Below are positions 16,149 to 18,486 of a DNA stretch of 18,486 bases, piece after piece (the stretch's first letter is position 1; the number at the start of each line of letters is the position of its first letter). The notes below the pieces were generated by a model. The model was not told the origin of the DNA. It saw nothing but the letters and a program-made list of their open reading frames with translations, and ran no database searches. The position numbers and the translations under genes were made by a program. The DNA is from Chthonomonadales bacterium (lineage in GTDB: Bacteria; Armatimonadota; Chthonomonadetes; Chthonomonadales; Chthonomonadaceae): contig JBBQPO010000110.1 of the NCBI GenBank assembly GCA_038217285.1, forward strand, positions 1 to 18,486. Direction: 5' to 3'.

Positions 16149-16775
16149 ATGAGCGATCAATCTATCCAGCAGCCCATTCAGGCTTCCATCAAGGTGCAGA
16201 AGCAGGTTTCGCTGCGCTTCTCAAAAGCCTGGGAGATCACGATCAAGAGCATTAAGATACGCTTGGCCCGTTCGCTTATCACGGCGGCCGGTATCGCCCT
16301 TGGTATCGCCTTCTACAGCTCGGTGCGGGCCGCCGGTCTGTTCCCGTCGGAGGGGGTCGGCGCGGAGGCCCTGGCGGCGGCGCACCGGCAGCAGTGGCTG
16401 GCGGTCATGGCCCTTATGGTCTGCTTCGTCGGTATCATGAACTCCATGCTGATGTCGGTGACGGAGCGGTTCAAAGAGATCGGCACGATGAAGTGCCTCG
16501 GAGCCCTGAACCGCGACATCATCATGCTCTTCTTCCTCGAAGCCATGCTCATGGGCCTGACGGCCTCGTTCCTGGGCTGGCTGGTCGGCTGGCTCATCGT
16601 GGTGGTCATTCACCTCTTCACCGGCGGCTTTCAGCCCGCGTTCATCGGCGGTTCGCTCGTGCAGATGTTGCTCTCAACGGGCATCGGCGTCGCGATCACG
16701 CTGCTGGCGGGGATTCCGCCCGCCATCAACGCCGCGCGTATGGCTCCCGCCGTCGCGCTGCGCTCGTCCATCTAA
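16149..16775 (+). CDS. Minimal FtsX-like (type VII ABC) permease lacking a large periplasmic domain
   Basis: KSIKIRLARSLITAAGIALGIAF (elbow + TM1), GIMNSMLMSVTERFKEIGTMKCLGA...LFFLEA, PAINAARMAPAVALR; only ~25 aa between TM1 and TM2. Confidence 0.92.
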   Translation: MSDQSIQQPIQASIKVQKQVSLRFSKAWEITIKSIKIRLARSLITAAGIALGIAFYSSVRAAGLFPSEGVGAEALAAAHRQQWLAVMALMVCFVGIMNSMLMSVTERFKEIGTMKCLGALNRDIIMLFFLEAMLMGLTASFLGWLVGWLIVVVIHLFTGGFQPAFIGGSLVQMLLSTGIGVAITLLAGIPPAINAARMAPAVALRSSI

Positions 16776-16800
16776 TATCAAAAGAAAGGGTTCCTAATTC

Positions 16801-17538
16801 ATGGGCGCCAATGAGTATGTGGTTCGCACAAAAGGCCTGATCAAAGAGTTCACGATGGGCGATGAAACCCTCCGCGCCCTGAACGGCGTGGATCTGGACA
16901 TTCGACGTGGCGAGTATATCTCGATCATGGGCCCTTCCGGCTCCGGCAAATCGACGCTGTTCAACGCCATCGGCGGCCTGGACAAGCCGACTTCCGGCTC
17001 GGTCTTCATCAACGACGTCGATATGGCGCAGCTGGATGCCTCCGAACTGGCCTATTTGCGCTGCCACACCATCGGCTATATCTTCCAGTCGTATAACCTT
17101 ATCCCCGTTATGACCGCGCTTGAGAACGTGGTGCTGCCGACGATCTTCGCCGGAATGCCCACCGACGAAGGCGTCGAGCGCGGTATGGAGATGCTCAACA
17201 AGGTCGGCCTGGGGCATCGCTTCCACCACCGTCCCACGGAGCTCTCTGGAGGCCAGCAGCAGCGCGTCGCCATCGCCCGTTCTCTGGCGAACCGACCCGC
17301 CATCGTCCTCGCCGACGAGCCGACCGGCAACCTGGATCTGAAGACCGGGACCGAGATCATCGAACTGCTGCGCGAGTTGAACCGCAATGAAGGCGTGACG
17401 ATCATCTCGGCGACCCACGACTATAAAATGGTCGATGTTTCGGACCGTGTCGTCTGGATTCGAGACGGCCGTATCGCCAAGATCGAAGAGCGCGCCGACA
17501 TCGATATCACCGTCGGCGAGATGCACGTCGAAGAGTAG
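16801..17538 (+). CDS. ABC transporter ATP-binding protein, LolD/MacB/FtsE type
   Basis: Walker A GPSGSGKST, IGYIFQSYNL Q-loop, LSGGQQQR signature, Walker B IVLADEPTGNLD, ATHD switch. Confidence 0.97.
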   Translation: MGANEYVVRTKGLIKEFTMGDETLRALNGVDLDIRRGEYISIMGPSGSGKSTLFNAIGGLDKPTSGSVFINDVDMAQLDASELAYLRCHTIGYIFQSYNLIPVMTALENVVLPTIFAGMPTDEGVERGMEMLNKVGLGHRFHHRPTELSGGQQQRVAIARSLANRPAIVLADEPTGNLDLKTGTEIIELLRELNRNEGVTIISATHDYKMVDVSDRVVWIRDGRIAKIEERADIDITVGEMHVEE

Positions 17539-17576
17539 TTTCGTTTTCAGGATTCAATAGGAGTGGAGAGACCGCA

Positions 17577-18410
17577 ATGAAGTTTGCATCGAAGCAGATC
17601 GTTGGCGCGGGGGTTTTCCTCGCGTTCGGCGCGGGATGCGGGGCCGTTCTTACGGCGCAGGCTCAGCAACAGCAGGACGAACATCTCGGCTATCAGGATA
17701 CGCCCATGCTCGGCAGGTGGCATGTCCACGACGGCCTGCGGCCGCAGCCGACAGAGATCGACCCCGGCACAGCCAGCACCAACCGCAGGCCCGGTCGCCC
17801 GCCGTCCGATGCCGTTGTGTTGTTCAACGGCAAGAATCTCTCCCACTGGACGAGCCAGAGCGGTGGAGCGCCGGGCTGGAAAGTGGAGCACGGCTACATG
17901 GAAGTCGCCTCCAAAGAGTCGATCATCACGCGCGACCAGATCGGCGACTGCCAACTGCACGTTGAATGGTCCGCCCCTAAGCCGCCGACAGGCACAGGGC
18001 AGGGGCGCGGCAACAGCGGTGTGCTGTTTTTCGGCCGATACGAGATCCAGGTGCTGGACAGCTACAAGGCGAAGACCTATCCGGACGGGCAGGCGGGAGC
18101 GCTCTATGGCAGCTATCCCCCGCTCGTCAACGCCATGCGCAAACCCGGCGAGTGGCAGGTCTATGACATCCTCTTCACCGTACCGCGCTTCGACGGCGCA
18201 AAGCTGGTCAAGCCCGGCTACTTCACCGTGATCCACAACGGCGTCGTGGTGCAGAATCACGTGGAACTGCTCGGCAACTCCAATCACCGCGCCCTGCCCA
18301 ACTACCAGGCGCATCCGCCGAAGGGCTCTCTTCTCCTTCAGAACCACGGCAACCCTGTCCGCTACCGCAACGTCTGGTACCGCGAACTCAAAGAGTACGA
18401 TCAGCCCTGA
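17577..18410 (+). CDS. Secreted DUF1080 (3-keto-disaccharide hydrolase-like) protein
   Basis: Signal peptide; PPSDAVVLFNGKNL, DCQLHVEW, GNSGV, YEIQVLD, GEWQVYDI, HNGVVVQ, LQNHGNPVRYRNVW signatures; AGGAG/GGAG RBS. Confidence 0.92.
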   Translation: MKFASKQIVGAGVFLAFGAGCGAVLTAQAQQQQDEHLGYQDTPMLGRWHVHDGLRPQPTEIDPGTASTNRRPGRPPSDAVVLFNGKNLSHWTSQSGGAPGWKVEHGYMEVASKESIITRDQIGDCQLHVEWSAPKPPTGTGQGRGNSGVLFFGRYEIQVLDSYKAKTYPDGQAGALYGSYPPLVNAMRKPGEWQVYDILFTVPRFDGAKLVKPGYFTVIHNGVVVQNHVELLGNSNHRALPNYQAHPPKGSLLLQNHGNPVRYRNVWYRELKEYDQP

Positions 18411-18427
18411 TCCGATCCCTGTGCGAC

Positions 18428-18460
18428 AGGCCGCCCGAAACAAAATCGGGCGGCCTTTTT
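18428..18460 (+). terminator. Rho-independent terminator closing the cluster
   Basis: AGGCCGCCCGA-AACAAAA-TCGGGCGGCCT, 11-bp stem followed by a T-run. Confidence 0.9.
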
Positions 18461-18486
18461 CGTGTAGATAGCCTGTCAAATGGTAC

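Noticed and set aside
1445-18479. Long antisense ORFs (e.g. 1445..2863, 5144..6505, 8627..10153, 10648..12057, 14574..15512, 17547..18479)
   Set aside because: They are mirror frames of well-supported plus-strand genes with biased codon usage and have no recognisable domains.
1-18486. CRISPR array, tRNA (including tRNA-Sec), transposase or integrase
   Set aside because: No regularly spaced direct repeats, cloverleaf with T-arm consensus or recombinase motifs were seen by eye.

Overview
GC-rich bacterial window; the gene content suggests an Armatimonadota/PVC-like organism (inference only). It opens with the tail of an rRNA locus: possibly the last ~12 nt of 23S, a ~315-nt structured spacer, a 5S rRNA and a terminator. 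Next come a GH16 glycoside hydrolase, serC, a membrane-anchored ankyrin-repeat protein and a 5'-truncated AAA+ ATPase remnant on the minus strand. From ~5.0 to 18.46 kb there is one co-oriented, probably operonic cluster of nine genes. In order: (1) a ~1,730-aa fusion of a PA-containing, catalytically degenerate M28 (nicalin/nicastrin-like) domain with a type VII ABC (FtsX/MacB/LolCE-like) permease; (2) an exported LolA-like/TlpA-redoxin fusion that the ORF track splits in two but that reads through an in-frame UGA as a U-x-x-C selenoprotein with a SECIS-like hairpin; (3) an OPT-superfamily transporter; (4) a membrane-anchored H-X9-DG/DUF1559-like protein; (5) an internally duplicated Cys/His-motif protein; (6) a stand-alone PqqD/RRE protein; (7) a minimal FtsX-type permease; (8) a LolD/MacB-type ATPase; (9) a DUF1080 protein, followed by a terminator. 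The main findings are the hidden selenoprotein and this envelope peptide/protein-handling system, which I do not recognise as characterised. All family assignments come from motif recognition by eye, not database searches.
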